Positions 21,755 through 30,935 of a DNA stretch of 56,428 nucleotides are shown one piece after another. The stretch's first letter is position 1. Every line of letters starts with the position of its first letter. This stretch comes from an uncultured Cellvibrionales bacterium (GTDB lineage: Bacteria; Pseudomonadota; Gammaproteobacteria; Pseudomonadales; UBA7239), in the NCBI GenBank assembly GCA_937864065.1, contig CALMIC010000236.1:1-56428 (forward strand), read 5' to 3'. The notes below the pieces were generated by a model. That model searched no databases. It worked only from the letters and a program-made list of their open reading frames with translations, and was not told where the DNA came from. The position numbers and the translations under genes were made by a program.

Positions 21755-22450
21755 TCAGTGGCGGACCAGCACTTGCAGCTTGCGCCAGGTGTCGGCCTTG
21801 CGCGCGGGCTCGTCGAGCATGTCCTGCAGTGCACAGGCAGCGGTTACCGGCCACTCCCTGTACGCCAGTGACGGCAGGTCATCGTCGTGGCTGGCCAGCA
21901 GCGTGGCAGCGGCGGGCCCGAAGCAGAGGATCTGGCGCACTGTGGTCGATTGCAGCGGCCCGCCGTCTAGCAGGCCCTGGAAATGGTCGCGGGCTGCCTG
22001 CAGGTTGCGTTCCCTGTTCTGCGGGATCGGCCATTTGTACTGCAGGGCACCCGGCAGCGATGCGTCGCGCCCGATGGCCTGCAGGATATTACGCAGCAGT
22101 GTTTTTTGCAGGTTGTCGAGGCGCGGCATGTCAGCCAGCACGAGCAGGTCATCGGCTGTCCAGATGGCGAGCTGGCACTGGAACGGCGGTGAGGTGCTAT
22201 CCACGTCCGGTGGGGCAGCGACCGCTGCCGGGCCCTGCTCTGGTGACGGTCGGGCGCGTGGCGGTTCATGGTCCAGCAGCTCGCTGATACGTGCCGGCTT
22301 GCTGGCGATCGGCTCCGGTTGCTCCGGCTCACTGTGCGCGGGCTGCAGGACTGGCGACGGGCGCGCACCCGGCAGTGGCGAGCGCGCCACGTACTGGGTG
22401 ACACCCATGGCGTCGAGGTAATCCAGTCGCAGCGCTTCGTCCATGGCCAT
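21755..22450 (-). CDS. Possible DNA polymerase III psi subunit (HolD-like) with a Pro-rich insertion
   Basis: Sits immediately upstream of rimI, as holD does in E. coli. The N-terminus MDEALRLDYLDAMGVTQYVARSPLPGA resembles the HolD N-terminus (...QLQQLGITQW.LRRP), and the C-terminus ARKADTWRKLQVL resembles ...ALWQQI. Start at 22450 or 22444, after the leuA stop. Confidence 0.5.
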   Translation of the reverse strand: MAMDEALRLDYLDAMGVTQYVARSPLPGARPSPVLQPAHSEPEQPEPIASKPARISELLDHEPPRARPSPEQGPAAVAAPPDVDSTSPPFQCQLAIWTADDLLVLADMPRLDNLQKTLLRNILQAIGRDASLPGALQYKWPIPQNRERNLQAARDHFQGLLDGGPLQSTTVRQILCFGPAAATLLASHDDDLPSLAYREWPVTAACALQDMLDEPARKADTWRKLQVLVRH

Positions 22451-22457
22451 CAGCAGC

Positions 22458-24008
22458 TCAGATGTTGTCGCCTTCCTGCGGGTTGATGCGCAGGTTGCCG
22501 GCGGCAAGCAGGTTCAGTGCGTTCAGGTACGCCTTGACCGAGGCAACAACGATATCGGTATCGGCACCGTTGCCGTTGATGATGCGGCCGGTGCGTTCCA
22601 GTCGCACGGTCACTTCGCCTTGCGAGTCGGTGCCGCTGGTGATGGCGTTGACCGAATACAGCAACAGGTCAGCACCGCTCTGCGCGATTTTCTCCACCGC
22701 CTTGAACGCGGCATCGACCGGGCCACTGCCTTCGGCGTCGGCATCGACGCGCTCGCCTTTCACCCGAAGGCTGATGCTGGCATGCGGGCGGCTGCCGGTT
22801 TTCGAGTGGACGTCGAGCGCGACCAGTTCGTAGGTTTCCTGCACTTCGCTCGGGTCCATGTCGCTGACCAGCGCCTGCAGGTCCTCGTCAAAGATTTCCG
22901 ATTTCTTGTCGGCGAGTTCCTTGAAGCGGGCAAACGCATCATTGAGTGCCTCGTCATCCAGTTCGATGCCAAGATCCTTCAGGCGTGTGCGGAATGCATT
23001 GCGGCCTGACAGTTTGCCCAGGACGAGTTTGTTGGCATTCCAGCCCACGTCTTCCGCGCGCATGATCTCGTAGGTTTCGCGGTGCTTCAGCACGCCGTCC
23101 TGGTGGATGCCGGATTCGTGTGCGAACGCATTGGCGCCGACGATGGCCTTGTTCGGCTGCACCGGGTAGCCGGTGATGGTGGAGACCAGTTTGGATGCCG
23201 GCACGATCTGCGTGGCATCAATACGCGTCTCGACCGGGAATACATCCTTGCGCGTGCGCACGGCCATGACGATTTCTTCCAGCGACGCATTGCCGGCGCG
23301 CTCGCCGAGGCCGTTGATGGTGCACTCGACCTGGCGTGCGCCGTTCATCACCGCAGCGAGCGAGTTGGCCACGGCCATACCGAGGTCGTTGTGGCAGTGC
23401 GTTGACCAGATGACCTTGTCCGCATTCGGCACGCGCTCGATCAGCTGTTTGAAACGCTCGCCCCACAAGGCGGGGATCGAATAGCCGACGGTATCCGGCA
23501 CGTTGATGGTTTTCGCGCCGGCCTGGATCACCGCGTCAAAAATGCGCACGAGGAAATCCAGTTCCGAACGCACGGCATCCTCGGCAGAGAATTCCACATC
23601 GTCGGTGTATTCGCGCGCCAGTTTCACCGCCATGACCGCCTGCTCGACCACCTGGTCCGGCGTCATGCGCAGTTTCTTCTCCATGTGGATCGGGCTGGTG
23701 GCGATGAAAGTGTGGATGCGGCCGGATTTCGCCGGCGTGATGGCTTCGCCGGCGCGGCGAACGTCCTTCTCGTTGGCGCGGGCCAGTGAGCAGATCGTGG
23801 AGTCCTTTATGGTTTCGGCAATGGCCTTGATGGCCTCGAAGTCGCCGGGGCTGGCAGCGGCAAAGCCGGCCTCAATGACGTTGACGCCGAGCTTCTCCAG
23901 CTGGCGGGCGATGCGGATTTTCTCATCGCGCGTCATGGACGCGCCGGGGCTCTGCTCACCATCGCGCAAGGTGGTGTCAAAAATGATCAACGGTTCTTTG
24001 CTGGACAT
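22458..24008 (-). CDS. leuA: 2-isopropylmalate synthase LeuA
   Basis: 516 aa: [49 protein letters not shown]..., [14 protein letters not shown], plus a C-terminal LeuA regulatory domain. Confidence 0.95.
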   Translation of the reverse strand: MSSKEPLIIFDTTLRDGEQSPGASMTRDEKIRIARQLEKLGVNVIEAGFAAASPGDFEAIKAIAETIKDSTICSLARANEKDVRRAGEAITPAKSGRIHTFIATSPIHMEKKLRMTPDQVVEQAVMAVKLAREYTDDVEFSAEDAVRSELDFLVRIFDAVIQAGAKTINVPDTVGYSIPALWGERFKQLIERVPNADKVIWSTHCHNDLGMAVANSLAAVMNGARQVECTINGLGERAGNASLEEIVMAVRTRKDVFPVETRIDATQIVPASKLVSTITGYPVQPNKAIVGANAFAHESGIHQDGVLKHRETYEIMRAEDVGWNANKLVLGKLSGRNAFRTRLKDLGIELDDEALNDAFARFKELADKKSEIFDEDLQALVSDMDPSEVQETYELVALDVHSKTGSRPHASISLRVKGERVDADAEGSGPVDAAFKAVEKIAQSGADLLLYSVNAITSGTDSQGEVTVRLERTGRIINGNGADTDIVVASVKAYLNALNLLAAGNLRINPQEGDNI

Positions 24009-24095
24009 AATCGTGCTCCGGAAATCGGTTGCGTTTCTGAAATCGGGTGTGCGTGCTGTGGGTGCCCCGCGCGGGGCGTGCGATATCGATGCCCC

Positions 24096-24185
24096 TCAGG
24101 GCAGCAGGAGCAGGCAGAAGCCATGCGCGGACTGCAGGGCGAGTCCGCGGTGCGTGCAATGCTTGTGAACCGGCTTGCGTTGCAT
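24096..24185 (-). other. Candidate Leu-rich leader peptide (29 codons, ends CLLLLP-stop) in the leuA 5' leader
   Basis: The internal ATG at 24183-24185 of track ORF 24096-24299 lies in the 260-nt gap upstream of leuA. Four consecutive Leu codons (CTG CTC CTG CTG) occupy 24102-24113. No clear SD and no U-tract terminator. Confidence 0.25.
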
Positions 24186-24268
24186 GGCTGTGGTCAGGGC
24201 AAATTCCAGAATGGGTGCCTGAATGATAATGCGTGCGCGGAATGTTTGCCAAGCACGGCCTTGGCCTG

Positions 24269-25975
24269 TCACGGCGACCGGATGGCCAGTGGCTCGCATT
24301 GCGCCTGCGTGTTGTAGGCGATGACCTGCACCGCGCCGTCTGCCGGCTGGTGGAAGAAGCCGGCCCAGCGCTGCGGCCTGGCCAGCAGGGACGGTAGCGA
24401 CGGGCCGCCCACCTGGAAAATCCCGTAGCCGATGGCCTGGCCTGCGCTGTTGCGCAACAGCACGCTGGTCATGCTGTCCCCGGCAGTGCTGTGGCTGTCC
24501 CCGGTGATCTTGCGGCCGGCTGGGTCGTCTTTCAGCGGCTTGATGCGGATCTCCCCGTGTTGGCAGGCGACGACGGCCGTTGGTAGCGCGGCCTGGCCAG
24601 CGTAAACGCGGTGTTCCCGGCTGCCATAGATGCCCTTGCCATGGGTTTGCAGTACGACCTTGCGCTCACTGATCTCACGGTAGCTCTGCGCCATCATCGG
24701 GGCGAAAGGCACCTCCGAGGTAGCGCGCATGTCCTCCATGTCGAGCGCATAGGCGACCTGGCTCAGCCGGCGCTGGTTACTGTCCTGCACGATATGGGCG
24801 GCCTCCCGCCAGCAGCTGGTGCCGAGCACCAGGTTGTAGAGCAGGGCGAGCAGCCACCAGAATGGCTTGCGGCAGCTGCCCGCGGGGTAGGCGAGGGCGG
24901 CACAGGCCGCGAGGAACAGCAGGCCGGTATTGGCGAAGCGGCCGGTATAGGCGCCAGGCAGTTGGGCGCGCACCAGACCTGCAGCGAGGCCGGTCAGCAG
25001 GGTGGCCCACAACAGGAAGCCCAGGCCGCGATGTGCCGGCGCCCGGCCCGGCAACAGCAGCGCCGCCAGCAGCGGCAGGGGTGACAGGGCCAGCAGGGCG
25101 GGCGCGGAAAACCACTGTGCCAGCGGCGGCAGGCAGAAACTGGCCATGAACTGCAGCAGGTTGCTGCCCCAGGCCAGGTAGAAGCCTGCGGGGTCGGCAA
25201 AAAATGTCCCGCTGATGGCAGCCATTTCTGCTGCCGATAGGGGCAGCGCCAGCCGGATCGCCTGCAAGGCCAGTGGCGGGGTCTGCTGGAGCCAGTAACC
25301 GTTCAGCGTTTCCCAGCCGGTGGCAGTACCGCCCAGCAACGCCAGCGCCAGCAGCAGCCTGCGCGGCGGCAGCAGCACCGTTAGTGCGGCCAGGGGCAGC
25401 AGCCACCACGGTGCACCGCATCCGATAGCAACTCCTGCGCCAGCGGCCATTGCCCAGACCGAGCGCCGCTGCAGGCCCAGCCCGGCCAGTACAAGTCCGG
25501 CGCTGAGGCCACTCCACTGCAGGTTGGCAGGGTTGACGAAGCTTTCCCATTGCAGGACGCAAGACAGCCAGCTCGCAAACAGCAGTGCCAGCGCCAAGGT
25601 CTCCCGCTGCCGGCGGTTGTGCCCGCCGTGTGCCAGCAGGCTGGCAAACAGCGCGCAACACAGCAGTGTGAAGAATGCCGAACAGCTTGCTGTCAGGCGG
25701 CCGCTGCCATCCGCCAGCAGGTCCAGCGCATAGACGAGTTTCGGCAGCGGGATGAAATGCAGCTGGTTGTGCCGTTCCAGCAGGCTGGCGAGGTCGAGCT
25801 GCCCGGCGCTGGCGGCTGCGACAAGACCGCTGTGTTGCCAGACATCCGCCGCCGGCAGGTGGACCAGTGACAACTGGCTGGCGCGCCACGACAGCAGCAG
25901 TGAGCACAGCAGCAAGCCCGCCAGCCCGGCCAGTGCCAGCGCCTGCAGGCGGTTGCTGGTCCCTTTCAGCGGCAT
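24269..25975 (-). CDS. Polytopic inner-membrane protein of unassigned family, with a soluble C-terminal domain (paralog of 54149-55897)
   Basis: ORF 24269-26014; the ATG at 25975 avoids overlap with queD and gives 568 aa. About 390 aa contain many hydrophobic segments, followed by about 180 hydrophilic C-terminal residues. GC3-rich codon usage like the neighbouring genes. Confidence 0.75.
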   Translation of the reverse strand: MPLKGTSNRLQALALAGLAGLLLCSLLLSWRASQLSLVHLPAADVWQHSGLVAAASAGQLDLASLLERHNQLHFIPLPKLVYALDLLADGSGRLTASCSAFFTLLCCALFASLLAHGGHNRRQRETLALALLFASWLSCVLQWESFVNPANLQWSGLSAGLVLAGLGLQRRSVWAMAAGAGVAIGCGAPWWLLPLAALTVLLPPRRLLLALALLGGTATGWETLNGYWLQQTPPLALQAIRLALPLSAAEMAAISGTFFADPAGFYLAWGSNLLQFMASFCLPPLAQWFSAPALLALSPLPLLAALLLPGRAPAHRGLGFLLWATLLTGLAAGLVRAQLPGAYTGRFANTGLLFLAACAALAYPAGSCRKPFWWLLALLYNLVLGTSCWREAAHIVQDSNQRRLSQVAYALDMEDMRATSEVPFAPMMAQSYREISERKVVLQTHGKGIYGSREHRVYAGQAALPTAVVACQHGEIRIKPLKDDPAGRKITGDSHSTAGDSMTSVLLRNSAGQAIGYGIFQVGGPSLPSLLARPQRWAGFFHQPADGAVQVIAYNTQAQCEPLAIRSP

Positions 25976-25988
25976 GCAGCGCGCCTGA

Positions 25989-26345
25989 TCAGTCGCCGGT
26001 GTAGACACAGCCACTGGTGCAGGTCTCCTTGACCACGACCTTGCTTAGCAGCGGCAGGGCCGGTTTCAGCTCGCTCCAGATCCAGCGCGCCAGGTTTTCG
26101 CTGGTCGGGTTGTCGAGCCCGGGGATGTCATTGAGGTAATGGTGATCCAGCCGCTCCCACACGGGCCGGAAGGCAGCCTTGATGTCGGCAAAATCCATCA
26201 CCCAGCCGTTCTGTTCATCCACCGGCCCGCTGACATGGATCGATACCTGGAACGAATGGCCGTGCAAGCGGTTGCACTTGTGGCCGGCGGGGACGTGCGG
26301 CAAGCGGTGCGCTGCCTCGATCGAGAATTCTTTGTAGATTTCCAT
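25989..26345 (-). CDS. queD: 6-carboxy-5,6,7,8-tetrahydropterin synthase QueD
   Basis: 118 aa from the internal ATG at 26345 of ORF 25989-26609: [32 protein letters not shown]...DHHYLND. The CxxxHGH motif is present and AGGAG lies 7 nt upstream. Confidence 0.9.
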   Translation of the reverse strand: MEIYKEFSIEAAHRLPHVPAGHKCNRLHGHSFQVSIHVSGPVDEQNGWVMDFADIKAAFRPVWERLDHHYLNDIPGLDNPTSENLARWIWSELKPALPLLSKVVVKETCTSGCVYTGD

Positions 26346-26347
26346 GC

Positions 26348-27739
26348 TCAGCTCCTGTCTGGCGGCATAGTAACCGGCTGCAAGGGCAGGCGGATGGTGA
26401 AGCGGGCACCGCGGCCGGTCTCCGACTCGACATCGATCATGCCGCCGTGATGCTCGGTAATGATGAAATAGGATATCGACAGCCCGAGCCCGGTGCCCTG
26501 GCCCACTTCCTTGGTGGTAAAGAACGGTTCGAAGATATGCCGGCGCACCTCGGGCGCGATGCCCGGGCCGTTGTCGGCCACCCGGATCCAGGCCTGGTCG
26601 CTGTCGCAACCGCTGCTAACCGTAATGCACGGGTCGGCTGGTGGCGCTGCCCGCAGCGCCTGCGAGGCATTGCGGATCAGGTTCAGCAGCACCTGCTGGA
26701 TCTCGGGGGCCGAGCAGGGCACCCGCGGGATGTTGTCGGCCAGCTGGCGCTGCAGGCGGATGGCGACACTGCCACCCTCGCGCTCGATCTCGAAATTGTT
26801 GTCCATCAGTTCCAGGCAGTTTTCCGCCAGCGCATTGATGTCGACCGGGGCGTGCTGCTGCCCGCTGCGGGAAAAGCCGAGCATGTTGGCCACAATGCGC
26901 GCCGAGCGCTCCCCGGCATCGCGGATCGTGCGCAGGAAGCTGGGGATTTCGCGTTGTTCCAGGTAGCTGTTGATGGCCTGCAGGTCCAGCTGCAGGCTCG
27001 CGGCCACCTCGCTGTTTTTCGGCAGTGCTGCCGACAGGCGGCGCTCGATGTTCTGCACGCTTTGCAGGATGGCGCCCAGCGGGTTGTTGATCTCGTGGGC
27101 CATGCCGGCGGCCAGTTCGCCGAGCGACAGCATCTTTTCGTTCTGGATCAGGCGGTTTTCCATCATGATGCGCATGGTCACGTCATCGACGCGGATGACC
27201 GCCTCCTGGATGTCCCGGGCAATCAGGGGGAAGACTGTGATGTCCGTGTAGTAGGTCTGGCCCTTGCTGACCAGTTTGGTGCTTTCCATCACTTTGGGCA
27301 CGCCTTCCTCAATGGCCTGCTGGATGGTCTGCAGGTCGACCGGCAGGTTGGGATAGGCCTGCCACAGCAGCTTGCCGGCCACTTCCGCGGCACCGATATC
27401 GGTGGCGAGCTCGGCGCTGCTGTTCCAGTGGGTGATTTGACCGGTCGCTGTCACACTGATCAGTACGGAGGGCATCGAATTGATGATGCTGGCAAGGTAG
27501 TCCTGTGCCTTGCGCAGCTTGTCTTCCGTCAGCTCGTGCTGGGCGATCTCGCCGTACAGCATGTTGTTGATATCACGCAGTTTCTGCGTCCGCTCCTCCA
27601 GCTGGCGCTCGATGTGGCGGTAGGCGTCCTGCCAGTCGCGCAGCTCGCTGGCCTGCCGGCGCTGCCGGATGAGCAGCCATGCACAGGCGGCCGCAGCCAG
27701 CAGCAGGGGGAGCAGGGTGGCCACGGGCAGGGTTGGCAT
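26348..27739 (-). CDS. Membrane-anchored PAS sensor histidine kinase
   Basis: ORF 26348-27814; the ATG at 27739 begins [23 protein letters not shown] (TM). This is followed by a coiled coil, a PAS domain, the H-box [14 protein letters not shown], the N/G1 box DNGPGI and the G2 box GTGLGLSI. Confidence 0.9.
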   Translation of the reverse strand: MPTLPVATLLPLLLAAAACAWLLIRQRRQASELRDWQDAYRHIERQLEERTQKLRDINNMLYGEIAQHELTEDKLRKAQDYLASIINSMPSVLISVTATGQITHWNSSAELATDIGAAEVAGKLLWQAYPNLPVDLQTIQQAIEEGVPKVMESTKLVSKGQTYYTDITVFPLIARDIQEAVIRVDDVTMRIMMENRLIQNEKMLSLGELAAGMAHEINNPLGAILQSVQNIERRLSAALPKNSEVAASLQLDLQAINSYLEQREIPSFLRTIRDAGERSARIVANMLGFSRSGQQHAPVDINALAENCLELMDNNFEIEREGGSVAIRLQRQLADNIPRVPCSAPEIQQVLLNLIRNASQALRAAPPADPCITVSSGCDSDQAWIRVADNGPGIAPEVRRHIFEPFFTTKEVGQGTGLGLSISYFIITEHHGGMIDVESETGRGARFTIRLPLQPVTMPPDRS

Positions 27740-27828
27740 GGGCGTATGGGGAAGGGGTGTCCGGGGGCAAGCAGGGGATTCTAAAGCAAAGGCAGCCCGG
27801 GCAGGTATAATCAAAAGTCTTGTGGTGC

Positions 27829-27857
27829 TTGCCTCCGGGCACAGCTTTTCTTACAAT
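27829..27857 (+). promoter_or_regulatory. Sigma70-like promoter candidate for rplU-rpmA: TTGCCT-17 nt-TACAAT
   Basis: -35 at 27829-27834 and -10 at 27852-27857, about 50 nt upstream of the rplU ATG. A small hairpin (CCCACC TTGA GGTGGG) follows at 27871-27886. Confidence 0.45.
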
Positions 27858-27908
27858 GCGCGCCCTTCGACCCACCTTGAGGTGGGCATCAGTGTGGAGT
27901 GAGTGAAC

Positions 27909-28220
27909 ATGTACGCGGTTATCGAGAGCGGTGGCAAGCAGCACCGGGTTGTGGAAGGCGAGGTCCTGAACGTCGAACTGCTGGATGCAGCAGCTGGCGA
28001 CAAGATCGATTTCAACGACGTCCTGCTGGTAGGCAGCGGTGACGGCGTCAAGGTCGGCGCCCCTTACGTGGCTGGTAGCAAGGTGTCTGCCGAAGTCGTC
28101 GGCCATGGTCGTGCCGACAAGATCCGCATCATCAAGTTCCGCCGTCGCAAGCACCATCGCAAGCAGATGGGCCACCGCCAGTGGTTCACCCAGATCAAGA
28201 TCACCGCGATCAGCGCCTGA
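27909..28220 (+). CDS. rplU: 50S ribosomal protein L21
   Basis: [20 protein letters not shown]...[23 protein letters not shown], 103 aa from the ATG at 27909, with GGAG 9 nt upstream. The track starts at GTG 27903. Confidence 0.95.
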   Translation: MYAVIESGGKQHRVVEGEVLNVELLDAAAGDKIDFNDVLLVGSGDGVKVGAPYVAGSKVSAEVVGHGRADKIRIIKFRRRKHHRKQMGHRQWFTQIKITAISA

Positions 28221-28244
28221 TCCGCAGCAAAGAGGTAGACAGTC

Positions 28245-28502
28245 ATGGCACACAAGAAAGCAGGCGGTAGCACCAAGAACGGCCGCGATTCCCAGGCGAA
28301 ACGTCTCGGCGTGAAACTGTTTGGCGGCCAGCAGGCCGTTGCCGGCAACATCATCGTGCGCCAGCGCGGTACCCAGTACCACGCCGGTGACAATGTCGGC
28401 ATGGGCACTGACCACACCCTGTTCGCGACTGCAGAGGGTGTCGTCAAGTTCGAAGTGAAAGGCAAACACAACCGTCGCTACGTCAGCGTCGTTGCTGCCT
28501 GA
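28245..28502 (+). CDS. rpmA: 50S ribosomal protein L27
   Basis: [29 protein letters not shown]...[13 protein letters not shown], 85 aa. Confidence 0.95.
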   Translation: MAHKKAGGSTKNGRDSQAKRLGVKLFGGQQAVAGNIIVRQRGTQYHAGDNVGMGTDHTLFATAEGVVKFEVKGKHNRRYVSVVAA

Positions 28503-28518
28503 GCCGTTACCGGCCCTG

Positions 28519-28550
28519 AAAAGCCCCGCCATGCGGGGCTTTTTTGTTTT
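28519..28550 (+). terminator. Rho-independent terminator/attenuator between rpmA and obgE
   Basis: Stem AGCCCCGC / GCGGGGCT (28522-28529 / 28533-28540) with loop CAT, followed by TTTTTGTTTT. Confidence 0.7.
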
Positions 28551-28552
28551 AA

Positions 28553-29797
<1,245 letters not shown>

Positions 29798-29813
29798 ATA
29801 GAAAAGGTTGGCC

Positions 29814-30935
29814 ATGGCGAGAACAGAAGTACAGGAAGCGAAGCGCTGGGTGATCAAGATCGGCAGCGCGGTGCTGACCGATGACGGTCGCGGCCTGGAT
29901 CGCGCGAGTATCGGCCACTGGGTCGAGCAGATTGTCGAGTTGCGCCAGCGCGGGGTGGAAATCGTGCTGGTGTCTTCCGGCGCGGTGGCAGAAGGCATGA
30001 GCCGCCTGGGCTGGAAAAACCGGCCGGAAGCACTGAACGAATTGCAGGCTGCCGCTGCGATCGGCCAGATGGGTCTCGTGCAGGCCTATGAATCCTGCTT
30101 CCAGCAGTACGGCATCCACACCGCCCAGATCCTGCTGGACCATGATGACCTGTCGAACCGCGAACGCTACCTGAATGCGCGCAGCACGATGAAAACGCTG
30201 ATCAAGCTCGGCGCAATTTCGGTGGTCAACGAGAACGACACGGTTGTCACCGACGAGATCCGCTTCGGTGACAACGACACGCTCGCTGCGCTGGTGGCGA
30301 ACCTGGTGGAAGCTGACTTGCTGATCATCCTCACCGACCAGGACGGCCTGTTCGACAAGGATCCGCGCACGCATGCCGATGCGGCACTGATCCCTCGTGC
30401 AGCCGCGTCTGATGAGACGCTGGAAGGCATGGCCAGCGGTACCGGTGGCCGCCTCGGCCGCGGTGGCATGAGCACGAAAATCCGCGCGGCGAAACTCGCG
30501 GCGCGTTCCGGTTGCCACACGGTCATTGCCAGTGGCCGGCGGCAGTCACTGCTGCGCACACTGCATGAAGACAGCACGCCCGCGACGCTGCTGGTCGCCG
30601 ATGAGAAACCGATGGCCGCGCGCAAGCGCTGGCTGGCCGGCCAGTTGCAGATGCGCGGCAAGCTGGTGCTGGATGCCGGTGCGGTGACAGTGTTGCGCAG
30701 CCAGGGCAAGAGCCTGTTGCCGGTGGGTGTCTGTGCCGTCGAGGGCGACTTCACCCGCGGCGATATCGTCGCCTGTGTCGATGCCGAGGGCATCGAGGTC
30801 GCGCGCGGCCTGGTCAATTACAGTGCTGACGAGGCGCGCAAGATCATCGGCAGGCCCACGGCTGATATCGGCAGCATCCTCGGGTACCTCAGCGCCGAAG
30901 AGCTGATCCACCGCGACAACCTGGTAATGGCCTGA
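29814..30935 (+). CDS. proB: Glutamate 5-kinase ProB (with PUA domain)
   Basis: ATG at 29814 (the track starts at TTG 29808). [15 protein letters not shown]...[12 protein letters not shown]...NENDTV..., with a C-terminal PUA-like region. Confidence 0.93.
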   Translation: MARTEVQEAKRWVIKIGSAVLTDDGRGLDRASIGHWVEQIVELRQRGVEIVLVSSGAVAEGMSRLGWKNRPEALNELQAAAAIGQMGLVQAYESCFQQYGIHTAQILLDHDDLSNRERYLNARSTMKTLIKLGAISVVNENDTVVTDEIRFGDNDTLAALVANLVEADLLIILTDQDGLFDKDPRTHADAALIPRAAASDETLEGMASGTGGRLGRGGMSTKIRAAKLAARSGCHTVIASGRRQSLLRTLHEDSTPATLLVADEKPMAARKRWLAGQLQMRGKLVLDAGAVTVLRSQGKSLLPVGVCAVEGDFTRGDIVACVDAEGIEVARGLVNYSADEARKIIGRPTADIGSILGYLSAEELIHRDNLVMA

